NCBI GenBank assembly: GCA_965227515.1
Contig: CBDDFZ010000002.1
Span: forward strand, 32,001 to 96,000
From: Alphaproteobacteria bacterium
GTDB taxonomy: Bacteria > Pseudomonadota > Alphaproteobacteria > CALKHQ01
Length of the DNA: 64,000 bases
Reading direction: 5' to 3'
The notes beneath the pieces are model-generated. The model did no database searches, was not told the DNA's origin, and saw only the letters and a list, made by a program, of their open reading frames with translations. Positions within the stretch are counted from its first letter, which is position 1; every line of letters begins with the position of its first letter. Shown piece after piece: positions 29,236-42,412 of this stretch. The position numbers and the translations under genes are program-made.

Positions 29236-29712
29236 TCAGGCGGCTTCGTCGCGGCGGCGATACGCGATCTGGCAGTGCGCGGTGCAATACGGCCGGCCTT
29301 CATGGGCCGGTGCGCCGCAGAACTGGAAGTCGTCGGTGCCGGGATCGCCAATCGGCCACTGGCAGCGCGGGCCCTTGTAGCCCTCCGGCGCCGGCTGCGG
29401 CGCGGTTGCAATCGCGCGCCGTTCCAGGTCGGACAGGCGCGGCGTTTCCGGCTTTACCGACTTCTGGCGCGGCACCGCTGCCTTGCGCGGCGCGGCACGG
29501 CGCGCGGCGGGCTTGCGCTTCGGCCGCGGAGACTTGGTGCCAGATCCACCGCTCTTGATCGGCGAGGGGCGGCTGGACAGTCCAAGCCGATGCGCTTTAC
29601 CGATCACCGCGTTGCGGGTGACCTCTCCGAGTTCGTTTGCGATGTAGCTGGCGCTGTGGCCTTCTTCCCACAGGCGCTTCAAATCGCGAACGCGCTCCTC
29701 GGTCCATGCCAT
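29236..29712 (-). CDS. gcrA: GcrA cell-cycle regulator
   Basis: WTEERV..LW.EGHSAS.IA.ELG.VTRNAVIGKAHRLGL; CQWPIGDP..FCG..PYC..H. Confidence 0.93.
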   Translation of the reverse strand: MAWTEERVRDLKRLWEEGHSASYIANELGEVTRNAVIGKAHRLGLSSRPSPIKSGGSGTKSPRPKRKPAARRAAPRKAAVPRQKSVKPETPRLSDLERRAIATAPQPAPEGYKGPRCQWPIGDPGTDDFQFCGAPAHEGRPYCTAHCQIAYRRRDEAA

Positions 29713-29766
29713 GGTCTGGTCCCTCTGCTATCGCACACTTACTGGCCCGACCCCCCAATCAGGCCG

Positions 29767-29813
29767 CCACAATATCTTGTGGCCAGCATGCGTGCAACCA
29801 CCATGGCTGGCGA
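29767..29813. promoter_or_regulatory. tandem NrdR-like boxes in the gcrA leader
   Basis: CCACAATATCTTGTGG (29767-29782) and a 10/16-identical copy starting 31 bp later. Confidence 0.55.
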
Positions 29814-29856
29814 TTCGCGGCAATTTAATGACGCGAGTCAAATAAGTTGTGGACAA
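29812..29856 (-). promoter_or_regulatory. gcrA promoter with two GANTC sites and a DnaA-like box
   Basis: TTGACT-17nt-GCGAATC; GANTC at 29812-29816 and 29835-29839; TTGTCCACA at 29848-29856. Confidence 0.6.
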
Positions 29857-29962
29857 GTCTGGCAGGCCCTTTGCGCTTGGGGCGCGCGACGTTGGTTGGG
29901 CTTGCACATTGACGCCCGCGACCCAATGTAGGGGAGCCAATCCGCGGACGGAGTTCCTTGAT

Positions 29963-30067
29963 ATGGACATGACCCTCGTTGCCGCCATTCGACCCATCGC
30001 GCTGCACGAGGCCCTTGTCCATGCCCGTTTCCGTCGTTCTTTCCAACATCTCGTTCCTCACGCCTGA
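29963..30067 (+). CDS. putative 34-aa leader uORF overlapping the ABC-F start
   Basis: GGAG upstream; [34 protein letters not shown]; contains the anti-SD arm CCTCGT. Confidence 0.4.
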   Translation: MDMTLVAAIRPIALHEALVHARFRRSFQHLVPHA

Positions 30068-31630
30068 TCGTACGCCCCTCTTCGATGACCTGAACCTGGC
30101 GTTCGGGCAGGAGCGCACCGGGCTTGTCGGCCGCAACGGCACCGGCAAGTCGACGCTACTGCGCCTGGTCTCGGGCCAGATATCGCCGGCTGGCGGTTCG
30201 GTCGCGATCGCCGGGACGATCGGGTGGATGCGGCAGGACGTCGGCACCGCTGGCGGCGAAACGATTGCCGACCTCTTTGGTGTGGCGTCTGCCCTTGCCT
30301 TGCTCGACCGTGCCGCGGCCGGCATGGTGGCGGACGCCGCCGCATTGGCGGATGCAGACTGGAGCGTGCCGGATCGCATTGAGGCGGCGCTGGCACAGTG
30401 CGGGCTGCGCACCGATCCGCGCACGCCTCTGGCGTCGTTGTCCGGCGGTCAGCGCACCCGCGCGGCGTTTGCCGCCATCGTATTCGCCGCCCCGGACGTG
30501 GTGCTGCTCGACGAGCCGACGAACAACCTGGACCGGGCCGGTCGCCGGGCGGTTGTCGAGCTGGTGCGCGGGTGGCGGCGCGGCGCCATCGTTGCCAGCC
30601 ACGACCGCGAATTGCTGGATGAGATGGACGCCATCGTCGAACTCTCCACCCTGGGCGCGAAGCAGTATGGCGGAAACTTCAGCGCCTACCGCGCGCGCAA
30701 GGCCGAAGACCTGCACGCGGCGGAACGCGATGTCGCGGATGCGGAACATGCCAGGCACGTGATGGAGCGCCGGGCCCGGCAGGCAGCCGAACGCAAGGCG
30801 CGCAAGGACAGCGTCGGGCGGAAGTCCCGCGCCAGGCGAGATCAGCCGAAGTCGTGGTTGGATGCCGCCAAGGCCCGTGCCGAGGCCTCAGGTGCCGCGA
30901 ACGTACGCTTGCGGCAGGCCCGCCGGGACGCCGCCGAAGAGACCCTGTCTGCGGCACGCGCCAAGATCGAGGTGCTGCAGCCACTTCGCATGGACATCCC
31001 GTCGACCGGGTTGCCTAAGGCGAGGCCGGTTTTGCGGGTGCGCGCCGTCACCGGCGGCCATGACCCGGCCCGGCCGGTCATCCGCGACCTTTCCCTCGCC
31101 ATCACTGGCCCGGAGCGGGTGGCGGTCACCGGCCCGAACGGTTGCGGCAAGACCACATTGCTGTCGCTGGTTACCGGGGCCATTGCGCCGGTAGCCGGCC
31201 AGGTCGACCTCCAGGTGCCGGCGGCACTCTTGGACCAGCATGTCGGTTTGCTCGATCCCGCCCGGTCCCTGCGCGACAACTTCCGCCAGCTGAATCCTAC
31301 GGCGGACGAGAACCAGTGCCGGGCCGCGCTCGCGCGGTTTATGTTCCGGGGCGACGATGCGCTGCTGCTTGCCGGCAATCTGAGCGGTGGCGAGATGTTG
31401 CGCGCCGGCCTTGCCTGCACGCTGGGTAGCCCGCGTCCACCAGCGCTATTGATCCTGGACGAGCCGACGAACCACCTCGACCTCGATGCCACCGAGGCGC
31501 TGGAAGCGGCGCTGTCAGTCTATGACGGTGCGTTGTTGGTTGTCAGTCACGACGAGGCATTTCTCGCGCGGCTTGAGGTCGACCGTCGGGTCGACCTTGG
31601 CGAAACAGCGCCGTCCGAAATGATCGAATT

Positions 31631-31634
<4 letters not shown>
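30021..31634 (+). CDS. ABC-F family ATPase (ribosome-associated, possibly antibiotic-protection type)
   Basis: Two ABC domains ([23 protein letters not shown]; [23 protein letters not shown]), no TM segments, long interdomain linker. Confidence 0.9.
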
Positions 31635-34426
<2,792 letters not shown>

Positions 34427-34537
34427 GGGCGTATCACTCTTGGATCTGTAGGGCGGCGCCACCCGGTGGGGCAGGAAGGCTGCCAGCGATTGCGCAGCGC
34501 CAAGAGACCGGTCGCCACGCGGGCGCCAGCCCGTTTC

Positions 34538-34565
34538 AGATAGGCATCGCGGGGCGCAATGTCAA
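34538..34565 (-). promoter_or_regulatory. RpoH-like promoter upstream of secA
   Basis: TTG-N18-CCTATCT, with TTGACA at -35. Confidence 0.5.
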
Positions 34566-34672
34566 CGCGCGCTTGGGTGCGTCCTGCTCTGACGCGGGCG
34601 GCGGCGGGGTGCCGCGGCCGGCCCATATGGCGCAGATCGCGCGGCGCGGATCGCGCGCCAGCCGAGGCCGGC

Positions 34673-36388
34673 CTATACCTTCGGAGCGCCGGTGAACAGC
34701 TGCGCCTTGGGCGCATCGAAGCGGGAAACGTCGGCGTTCGGGCGGCCGAGCAGGTAGCCCTGGCCGAGCTGGATGCCGGCCTCCTTGACCATCTGCAACG
34801 TGGGCTTGTCGGTGATCATTTCGGCCACCGTCACCGCGCCCAGCTCCCGGCACATGCTGACGATCGCCTTCAGGAACAGGCGGGTGCGCATGGACGACAC
34901 CGCGTCGGCGACGAAGGCGCCGTCGATCTTGATCACGTCCACGTCGAAGGCGCGCAGGTAGCGCATGGACGCCGCGCCGGCGCCGAAGTCGTCCAGGCAG
35001 ATGCGGTGGCCGGCGCTGCGCAGGCGGTTCAGGAACCGGCGCACGCGGTCGATGTCGCGGATCTCGGCACTTTCGGTCAGTTCGAAGATCACCTGGCCGC
35101 GAACGTCGTCATAGTCGCTCAGCAGGGTGAAGAAGCGCTGGATGAAGCGGTCCGAGGCGGGCGAGTTGCCGGACAGGTTGACCGCCACCTCGTAGCGATG
35201 GCCCTGGCGCGACAATGCGCGCAGCCAGTCCAGCACCTTGTTGCACATGGCCAGATCGAACTCGCCGATCAGGCCGACATTCTCGGCAAAACGAATGTCC
35301 TCGTAGGGGGATTCGATGGTGCCGGTATCGTCGAACCGGGTCAGCGCCTCGAAATGATGCGGGCGATTGTCGTGCAGGTTCACGATCGGCTGGAACACCG
35401 GCGAGAAGCTGCCATTGGCAATGACGTCGCGGAACCGCGCGATACGGTCGACTGTGCGCCGGGTGATGCCGCTCAGCTCCCGCGACAGGTCGGCCACGGC
35501 CACGTTGTCGCCCTGCTGGGTGCAGAACACGTCCATGGCGTGGATCAGGGCGCGGGTCAGCTCGGTGCCAGAGATGTTCGGGCGGCCGACGCCGATCTCC
35601 TCGGCCGACATCGTCGCGGTGTCGATGCTGACGCCTTCGCCGTCGGGGTCGATGACGCGGGCATAGTCGGCAAGGCGCTGCTCGACATCGTCCAGGTCGG
35701 TCGCCTCGTGGTGCAGCACGCCGAAGCGCTCGCTGTCCAGGGCGCCGGCGCTGTCGCCGTCGACGGAACTCGCCCGCAGATAGGCGCCGATGGTCTCGTT
35801 CAGCGTCTCGCGCGTCTCGTCGTCCAGCTTGGCGCGCAGGCTGTCCAGCCGGTTCATCTGCACGAACGAAATCTTGACGTCGTCCGGGCCGGTGCGCAGG
35901 CGTTTGGCCGCGGCGGCGGCGAAGCTGTCGGGCTGGAGCAGGCCGGAGGTGGTGTCGCGCGAGACCGTGTCGCCGAAATGGGCCGTATCGAGCCGGAGCG
36001 AGATGTAGTAGCGGCCGCCCAGCTTCGGCAGGTCCGCCAGGTGATAGCCCATTGCGTTCAGGCGCGGGGTCTGGCCGTTCGGGCCGCGCAGGCGCATCGG
36101 CACCGGGTGCATGCGACTTTCGCGCCGGGCCGCGTCCAGCACGGTGCGGATCATGCTGGCGTATTCGGGTGTGACCAGGTCGACCAGCGAGCTGCCGATC
36201 AGGCTGTCGCCGTCGCATCCCAGCAGCGCATGTACCGCGCCGGTGGCGAACGAGATGTCGTACTGGTCGTCCAGTTCCAGCAGGATGTCGGCGGCGCAGA
36301 ACGCGAACGCGACAAACCGATCGCGCTCGCGGCGCGTCAGTTCGGCGGAATCGATTTCAACGGTATGCAGGATGGCTGGTTCGGACAT
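34673..36388 (-). CDS. PAS - degenerate GGDEF - EAL protein (putative c-di-GMP phosphodiesterase)
   Basis: FQPIV, FEALTRF, AVNLS, ELTES, DDFGAG, IKIDG, QGY; LDSERF in place of GGDEF. Confidence 0.88.
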   Translation of the reverse strand: MSEPAILHTVEIDSAELTRRERDRFVAFAFCAADILLELDDQYDISFATGAVHALLGCDGDSLIGSSLVDLVTPEYASMIRTVLDAARRESRMHPVPMRLRGPNGQTPRLNAMGYHLADLPKLGGRYYISLRLDTAHFGDTVSRDTTSGLLQPDSFAAAAAKRLRTGPDDVKISFVQMNRLDSLRAKLDDETRETLNETIGAYLRASSVDGDSAGALDSERFGVLHHEATDLDDVEQRLADYARVIDPDGEGVSIDTATMSAEEIGVGRPNISGTELTRALIHAMDVFCTQQGDNVAVADLSRELSGITRRTVDRIARFRDVIANGSFSPVFQPIVNLHDNRPHHFEALTRFDDTGTIESPYEDIRFAENVGLIGEFDLAMCNKVLDWLRALSRQGHRYEVAVNLSGNSPASDRFIQRFFTLLSDYDDVRGQVIFELTESAEIRDIDRVRRFLNRLRSAGHRICLDDFGAGAASMRYLRAFDVDVIKIDGAFVADAVSSMRTRLFLKAIVSMCRELGAVTVAEMITDKPTLQMVKEAGIQLGQGYLLGRPNADVSRFDAPKAQLFTGAPKV

Positions 36389-36567
36389 CCGTTCACTTCT
36401 TTCGGGCGCTCATCTGAGCCAAGATCGTTGATTTTCGCTAACGAACCCTTTCGTGCGGCGACTATTCCTCCGCCGGCGCGTTTCCGTCATCGGCTAATCA
36501 TGTGACGGCCCGGGCGAATTATCGTATGACGCGTGCTGCCCGATAACCAGGATGTTGTTGCTGCACC

Positions 36568-37263
36568 ATGGTATCTGACCCGATGCTCGCCGGCAGGGAT
36601 TGCTGGATATTCGATCTCGACAACACGTTGTACCCGTCCGGCAACGCGTTTTTCGATGCCGTGCGCCGGCGGATGACCGAATTCATTCGCGATCACTTGG
36701 ACCTGCCGCACGAGGCCGCGTTGGCCTTGCAGCGCCGCTATTACCTGGAGCACGGCACCACGCTCAACGGGCTGATGCGCCACAACCAGGTCGATCCCGA
36801 GGCGTATCTGGAGTTCGTCCACGACGTGGACCTGAGCTGGCTGGAGCCTGACCCGGCGCTGAATGCCGTATTGGCCGCGCTGCCGGGGCGCAAGACGATC
36901 TACACCAACGCCTCCACCGGCCATGCGGAGAAGGTGGCGGAACGCCTGGGCATCCTGGATCATTTCGACGAGATCTTCGATATCGTGGCCGCCGACTACG
37001 CGCCGAAGCCCGATTCAGACGCGTTCGACGCCATGCTGGCGCGCAAGGCGATCGACCCGCGCCGGGCGGTGTTCTTCGAGGATATCGCGCGCAATCTGGA
37101 ACCGGCTGCGGCCCGCGGCGTCACCACGGTGCTGATCGTGGGGGGCGAGGGGCCCAACCAGCCGGAGGACGAGCGCCACGCGCATTACGTCACCGAGGAT
37201 CTGGCGAGCTGGCTGGAGGGTGTGGTGGCCGGGCGGGCGCCCGAACGACGCAAGGCGACGTAA
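36568..37263 (+). CDS. pyrimidine 5'-nucleotidase (HAD family)
   Basis: WIFDLDNTLY, HGTTLNGLM, PKP, FFEDIARNL. Confidence 0.92.
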   Translation: MVSDPMLAGRDCWIFDLDNTLYPSGNAFFDAVRRRMTEFIRDHLDLPHEAALALQRRYYLEHGTTLNGLMRHNQVDPEAYLEFVHDVDLSWLEPDPALNAVLAALPGRKTIYTNASTGHAEKVAERLGILDHFDEIFDIVAADYAPKPDSDAFDAMLARKAIDPRRAVFFEDIARNLEPAAARGVTTVLIVGGEGPNQPEDERHAHYVTEDLASWLEGVVAGRAPERRKAT

Positions 37264-37264
37264 T

Positions 37265-37447
37265 CTAGCCTGAGATGATCAGGACGGCGGTGGCGACGAC
37301 CCCGGCCGCCGCCCACGCGCACGCCATCAGCGTCGCGGCGAGCTTGACCGGTGCGCGCAGGGGCACAGCCGCGGCATGCGCGCCGGACCCGACCCTTGGC
37401 GCGGGCGCGGAGATCGTCAGGTCAAACAGGCGCGGCATCTCGTGCAT
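37265..37447 (-). CDS. possible small membrane protein (60 aa)
   Basis: Fills the intergenic gap; C-terminal hydrophobic helix; no clear RBS. Confidence 0.35.
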   Translation of the reverse strand: MHEMPRLFDLTISAPAPRVGSGAHAAAVPLRAPVKLAATLMACAWAAAGVVATAVLIISG

Positions 37448-37515
37448 GTGGCTAGTGAACCACGGAATGGTTTCCGAACCCTTGCATTCGCCGCGGTTTG
37501 TGCCAGCCTTGCCGC

Positions 37516-38082
37516 GTGAACAATGGACCGCAAAGACCGCGCTTCAGCCGCCGCACCCCTGCCGGCGAGGACCGGGAACGTCTGGTCTGCGATGCGTGTG
37601 GGCATATCGCCTACGAAAACCCGAAAGTGGTCGTCGGATCGGTGGCAACGTGGCAGGGGCGCATCCTGCTTGTGCGGCGCGCGATCCCGCCGCAGATCGG
37701 CTTCTGGACCTTGCCGGCCGGCTATCTGGAACTGCACGAAAGCCCGCAGGACGGCGCGATGCGCGAGGCGCGGGAGGAGGCGTGTGCCGACATCGCGCTG
37801 GAGGGGTTGCTGGCGGTCTACAGCATTCCGCGGCTCAGCCAGGTGCAGCTCATCTTCCGGGCACGGCTGGCGACGGCGGACATCGCCGCCGGCGAGGAGA
37901 GCCAGGAGGTCGGCCTGTTCGGCTGGGACGACATTCCGTGGGACGAGATCGCGTTTCCCTCGGTGCGCTGGGCGCTCGGTCATCACCGCGAGGTCGGCGA
38001 CGCCGCGGCGTTCGCGCCGCGCGGCAACCCGCCGGGCGAATGGGGCGACTACATGCCCGGTGCGCGGTCGCCAGAGACCTGA
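37516..38082 (+). CDS. NUDIX hydrolase with N-terminal Zn-ribbon remnant
   Basis: RERLVCDACGHIAYENPK; Nudix box GYLELHESPQDGAMREAREEA. Confidence 0.9.
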   Translation: MNNGPQRPRFSRRTPAGEDRERLVCDACGHIAYENPKVVVGSVATWQGRILLVRRAIPPQIGFWTLPAGYLELHESPQDGAMREAREEACADIALEGLLAVYSIPRLSQVQLIFRARLATADIAAGEESQEVGLFGWDDIPWDEIAFPSVRWALGHHREVGDAAAFAPRGNPPGEWGDYMPGARSPET

Positions 38083-38921
38083 GCCGCGTTCCACCGCCAC
38101 CAGCCGTGCGGGCCGGTGCGGTTCGGGTCCAGCCAGCAGCGGATCACCACCACCGAGAGTGCGGCGAGCAGCATGCCGGCCAGCACGTCGCCCAGGAAGT
38201 GCGCGGCCAGCACGGTGCGGGTGGCGCTGGCGAAGGCGGCGATGGGCACCGCGATCAGCCCCCAGCGCCCGAAGATCGCGATCAGCGCGAAGGCCACCGC
38301 CCAGGTGGTGGTGGAATGCCCCGACGGGAACGAGCCGAAGTCGCCGCTGGACGCGAAGGTGAAGGGGTGGAAGCCGGTGACGTCGTCGCGGAACATCATC
38401 CGCGGGCGGGCGCGGCCGAACACCATCTTGAGCAGGATCGAGGCGAGGCCGCTGCCGATCACCGCCAGCGCGAAGAACTGTGCCCGGTGCAGCCAGCGCC
38501 AGGCATTCAGGCTGTGGGCGCGTTCCGGCCAGCGCGCGATCATGGCATAGAGGACGACGATGGCGGCGACCGAGCCGATGATGTAGCCGGCGGAATCGCC
38601 TAGCTGGGTGACCAGCTCGTAAAACGCCTTCTCGTCCTCGGTCAGGGTGCCGGCGGCGTGCGCAATGCCGAGGTCTATGTCCGAAGCGGCAACGACGACG
38701 ATCAGGACCACCAGGACGGCGAGGGCGATGAGGCCGGCCGGCCCGAGCATCCTGACCGCGCGACGGGTCGTCTCCGCAACCGCCCGCCCGCCATGCAGCC
38801 CAACATGAAGCACGGTCGCCATCGCCGCCTCGATCACGGCGTCGACCGCCAGCGTGCCGGCCACCCGTCCGGTCACCCGCAGCCGCGCGGCGCCCCGACC
38901 GGTCGTCGATGCACTGGTCAT
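38049..38921 (-). CDS. PAP2-family membrane phosphatase
   Basis: KMVFGRARP, SFPSGH, TRTVLAAHFLGDV. Confidence 0.9.
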   Translation of the reverse strand: MTSASTTGRGAARLRVTGRVAGTLAVDAVIEAAMATVLHVGLHGGRAVAETTRRAVRMLGPAGLIALAVLVVLIVVVAASDIDLGIAHAAGTLTEDEKAFYELVTQLGDSAGYIIGSVAAIVVLYAMIARWPERAHSLNAWRWLHRAQFFALAVIGSGLASILLKMVFGRARPRMMFRDDVTGFHPFTFASSGDFGSFPSGHSTTTWAVAFALIAIFGRWGLIAVPIAAFASATRTVLAAHFLGDVLAGMLLAALSVVVIRCWLDPNRTGPHGWWRWNAAQVSGDRAPGM

Positions 38922-38931
38922 GCAGGCACGC

Positions 38932-40029
38932 TCATGAGCCAGCCCGCGCGCGGCCGGCCCACAGCAGGGTCAGCATCGCGGTCACCGCGACCGCGCCGGC
39001 CTGGTGGCCGATGGCGGCATGGAACGAGACGCCCGTCAGCACGGTTGTCGCGCCCAGGGCGTATTGCGCCAGCACAACGACGGCGAGCCCATGGACGGCG
39101 CCGGGGCAGCGCGCGGCTGATATCGCCGCCCGCAGCCAGTAGGCCAGCACCGCCAGCAAGGTCAGCGTCGCGATAAGTCGATGGGCCCACTGGATCGCGA
39201 CCATGTTCTCGAAGAAGTTCAGCCAACCCGGCTCGATGGCGATCAGATCGAGCGGCACAAGCCTGCCACCCATCGTCGGGAACTCGGGATAGACCATGCC
39301 GGCATTGGCGCCGGCGGTGAGCCCGCCCCACACCAGCGTCACCAACGCCAGCACGGTCAGCAGCAGGCGGTGGCCCGGTCCGACAAAGGTCGCCGCCACC
39401 GGCGCTGCTGGCGGCGCGCGCATGCGCCACGCAATACCGAGCATGTAGGCGAAGATCGCCAGCGCCATCATCAGGTGCACGGTCAGGCGGTACTGGCTGA
39501 CGTCGGTGCGCCCGGTCAGCCCGCTCTGCACCATCCACCAGCCGATCACGCCCTGCACGGCGCCGAGCCCGAACACGGCCCACAGGTGCGGCTTCGCCCA
39601 TCCCGGCACCCGCCGCCGCCACAGGAACCAGACGAAGGGCACCAGGAACACCAGGCCGATGGTGCGGCCCCACAGCCGGTGCACGAACTCCCACCAGTAG
39701 ATCGACTTGAACTCGTCCAGCGTCATGCCCTGGTTGAGCTGCTGGTACTCGGTGGTGGTCCGGTAGTCGGCGAATGCCTCCTGCCACGCAGCGTCGCTGA
39801 ACGGCGGCACGATGCCGCTGACCGGCTGCCAGTCGGTGATCGACAGGCCGGATTCGGTCAGCCGGGTGATGCCGCCGATCACCACCATCGCCGCCACCAT
39901 GGCGCAGCAGATGCCGAGCCAGACGATCAGCGCGCGGTGGCCGCCGGTCGCCGTGGCCGATGGCACGTAGTGTGTGCCGGCTGGCTCGCGGCTGGCGGTA
40001 TCGGGACCGCTAGTTGAGAGCGACGACAT
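38932..40029 (-). CDS. ctaA: heme A synthase (COX15/CtaA)
   Basis: GGITRLTESGLSITDW, WWEFVHRLWGR, GWWMVQSGL, VSQYRLTVHL. Confidence 0.94.
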   Translation of the reverse strand: MSSLSTSGPDTASREPAGTHYVPSATATGGHRALIVWLGICCAMVAAMVVIGGITRLTESGLSITDWQPVSGIVPPFSDAAWQEAFADYRTTTEYQQLNQGMTLDEFKSIYWWEFVHRLWGRTIGLVFLVPFVWFLWRRRVPGWAKPHLWAVFGLGAVQGVIGWWMVQSGLTGRTDVSQYRLTVHLMMALAIFAYMLGIAWRMRAPPAAPVAATFVGPGHRLLLTVLALVTLVWGGLTAGANAGMVYPEFPTMGGRLVPLDLIAIEPGWLNFFENMVAIQWAHRLIATLTLLAVLAYWLRAAISAARCPGAVHGLAVVVLAQYALGATTVLTGVSFHAAIGHQAGAVAVTAMLTLLWAGRARAGS

Positions 40030-40801
40030 GGTTGAGCGGTCCGCTGCCTTCGCCCAGTCCGGGCGCGGTCTCGATGGCGCGGCGCACATAGGCGCGGGCG
40101 CGGCGCACGGCATCCAGCACCGGGCGGCCCTGGGCAAGGCCGGTCGCAATCGCCGATGCCAGCGTGCAGCCGGTGCCGTGGGTGTCGCGGGTGTCGAAGC
40201 GGGTATCTTCCATGGTTTCGTCGATATCGGCGCCGAACAGCCGGTCGACCACGGTGTCGCCCTCCAGGTGGCCGCCCTTCAGCAGCACGTACTTGGCGCC
40301 ATGCGAGCGCAGAATCTCGGCCACCGCCGGCATGTCCGCAGCCGTCTTCAACGGCCGCTTCGCCAGCACTTCGGCTTCTGGCACGTTCGGCGTCACCACG
40401 GTCGCCAGCGGCAGCAGGCGGCGGCGCACCCTGTCCACCGCGGCATCGTCCAGCAGCTTGTGGCCGCCCTTGGCCACCATCACGGGATCGAGCACGATGG
40501 GGATGCGGTTGGCGAGCGGGGCCAGGCACTCCGCGACCGCGCCGACAATCTTCTCATTGGCCAGCATGCCGATCTTGATGGCGTCGGCGCCGATGTCCGA
40601 TAGCACGACGGTGATCTGGTCGACCACGAACTCCGCCGGCACCTCGTGCACGCCATGTACGCCCAGCGTGTTCTGCGCCGTCAGCGCGGTGATGGCGGTT
40701 GACGCATAGCCCGACAACGCGGTCACCGTCTTGATATCGGCCTGGATGCCGGCGCCGCCCCCGCTGTCGGACCCGGCGATGATCAATACGCGCCCGTTCA
40801 C
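40010..40801 (-). CDS. thiD: HMP/HMP-P kinase
   Basis: [45 protein letters not shown]. Confidence 0.96.
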   Translation of the reverse strand: MNGRVLIIAGSDSGGGAGIQADIKTVTALSGYASTAITALTAQNTLGVHGVHEVPAEFVVDQITVVLSDIGADAIKIGMLANEKIVGAVAECLAPLANRIPIVLDPVMVAKGGHKLLDDAAVDRVRRRLLPLATVVTPNVPEAEVLAKRPLKTAADMPAVAEILRSHGAKYVLLKGGHLEGDTVVDRLFGADIDETMEDTRFDTRDTHGTGCTLASAIATGLAQGRPVLDAVRRARAYVRRAIETAPGLGEGSGPLNHVVALN

Positions 40802-42144
40802 GAGGCCGCGCGCTCCAGGGCGCCCGAAACGTCCGCGACCACGGCGTCGACCAGGGTCGGGTCGTTGCTTTCCGCCATCACCCGGATCACCGGCTCGGTG
40901 CCCGACGGGCGGATCACCAGCCGGCCCTCGGCGCCGAGCTGCGCGCGCGCGGTGTCGATGGCATGCTGCACCTTGGGGTCGTCCAGCGGCCGGCCGGCGC
41001 CATAGCGCACATTGCGCAGTACCTGCGGCACCGGGGTGAAGACGTTCAGCACCTCTGCGGCCGGCTTGTCGGCGGCGACCAGGGCCGCCAGCACCTGCAG
41101 CGCGGCGATCAGGCCGTCGCCGGTGGTGGCGAAGTCGGTGAAGATGATGTGGCCGGATTGCTCGCCACCGACGTTACAGCCGCGGCTGCGCATCTCCTCC
41201 AGCACGTAGCGGTCGCCGACCTTGGTGCGGAAGAGGTCGAGGCCCAGGCCGCGCAAGTGCAGCTCCAGGCCCAGGTTCGACATCACGGTCGCGACCACGC
41301 CGCCACCGGCGATGTCGCCATTGCTCAGCCAGCTTGCCGCCGCCACCGCCATAAGCTGGTCGCCGTCGATGATGCGGCCCTCGGCATCGGCGACGATCAG
41401 GCGGTCGGCGTCACCGTCGAGCGCCAGCCCGATGTCGGCCTGGTGGCGCACCACCGCCTCGCGCATCGCATCCGGCGCGGTCGCACCGCACATCGCGTTG
41501 ATATTGCGCCCATCCGGCTCGACGGCGATCGGGATCACCTCGGCGCCCAGTTCCCACAGCACCGTCGGCGCCACCTTGTAGGCGGCGCCGTTGGCGCAGT
41601 CGACCACCACCTTCAGCCCGTCCAGCGACATGCCGCGCGGGAAGGTGCGCTTGACGAACTCGATATAGCGGCCCGGCGCATCGGCCAGCCGGACGGCGCG
41701 GCCCAGGTCGGCGGCGGCGGCCAGCTCGATGGCGGCCTCGTCGTCGATCAGCGCCTCGATCTCGGCCTCGACTTCGTCGGACAGCTTGAAGCCGTCCGGC
41801 CCGAACATCTTGATGCCGTTGTCCTGGTAGGGGTTGTGCGAGGCGGAGATCATCACGCCCAGGTCGGCGCGCATGGACCGCGTGAGCTGGCCCACGGCGG
41901 GCGTCGGGATAGGCCCGAGCAGGGTCACGTCCATGCCGACCGAGATGAACCCGGCGGTCAGCGCCGGCTCCAGCATGTAGCCGGACAGCCGCGTGTCCTT
42001 GCCGATGATCACCCGGTGGCGGTGCCCGCCGTTCTGGAAATAGCGGCCGGCGGCCATCGCCACCATCAGCATGGTGGGGGCCGTCATCGGCATCGCGTTG
42101 GCGGTGCCGCGGATGCCGTCGGTGCCGAACAGACGTCGTGTCAT
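40798..42144 (-). CDS. glmM: phosphoglucosamine mutase
   Basis: [35 protein letters not shown]. Confidence 0.97.
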   Translation of the reverse strand: MTRRLFGTDGIRGTANAMPMTAPTMLMVAMAAGRYFQNGGHRHRVIIGKDTRLSGYMLEPALTAGFISVGMDVTLLGPIPTPAVGQLTRSMRADLGVMISASHNPYQDNGIKMFGPDGFKLSDEVEAEIEALIDDEAAIELAAAADLGRAVRLADAPGRYIEFVKRTFPRGMSLDGLKVVVDCANGAAYKVAPTVLWELGAEVIPIAVEPDGRNINAMCGATAPDAMREAVVRHQADIGLALDGDADRLIVADAEGRIIDGDQLMAVAAASWLSNGDIAGGGVVATVMSNLGLELHLRGLGLDLFRTKVGDRYVLEEMRSRGCNVGGEQSGHIIFTDFATTGDGLIAALQVLAALVAADKPAAEVLNVFTPVPQVLRNVRYGAGRPLDDPKVQHAIDTARAQLGAEGRLVIRPSGTEPVIRVMAESNDPTLVDAVVADVSGALERAAS

Positions 42145-42325
42145 CTAGAGCCTTTGCCATTGCCTGCGTCGGGTCTATTCCGGCGCTTGGCGGCGCGTAG
42201 CTTGCACCTTGCACAATGAATGTGCGCAATCCGGCACGGTTACCCGAAGACGCGGGCGAGGGCAAGGCGCGCCCGGTGCGGCATAGGGCCTTGGTCTAAG
42301 TGACGCTTGCGCGAAGCCTGCTCCA

Positions 42326-42391
42326 GCCCTCTCCCCCACCCGGCCACCCGCTGAGCATACTGTCGTCGGGCGGTCGGGTGGGGGCGAGGGC
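42326..42391. repeat. long imperfect palindrome of CCCTCTCCC...GAGGG type
   Basis: GCCCTCTCCCCCACCCGGCCACCCG ... CGGGCGGTCGGGTGGGGGCGAGGGC. Confidence 0.6.
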
Positions 42392-42412
42392 CGGTGCCGA
42401 CTGGGATGATCC

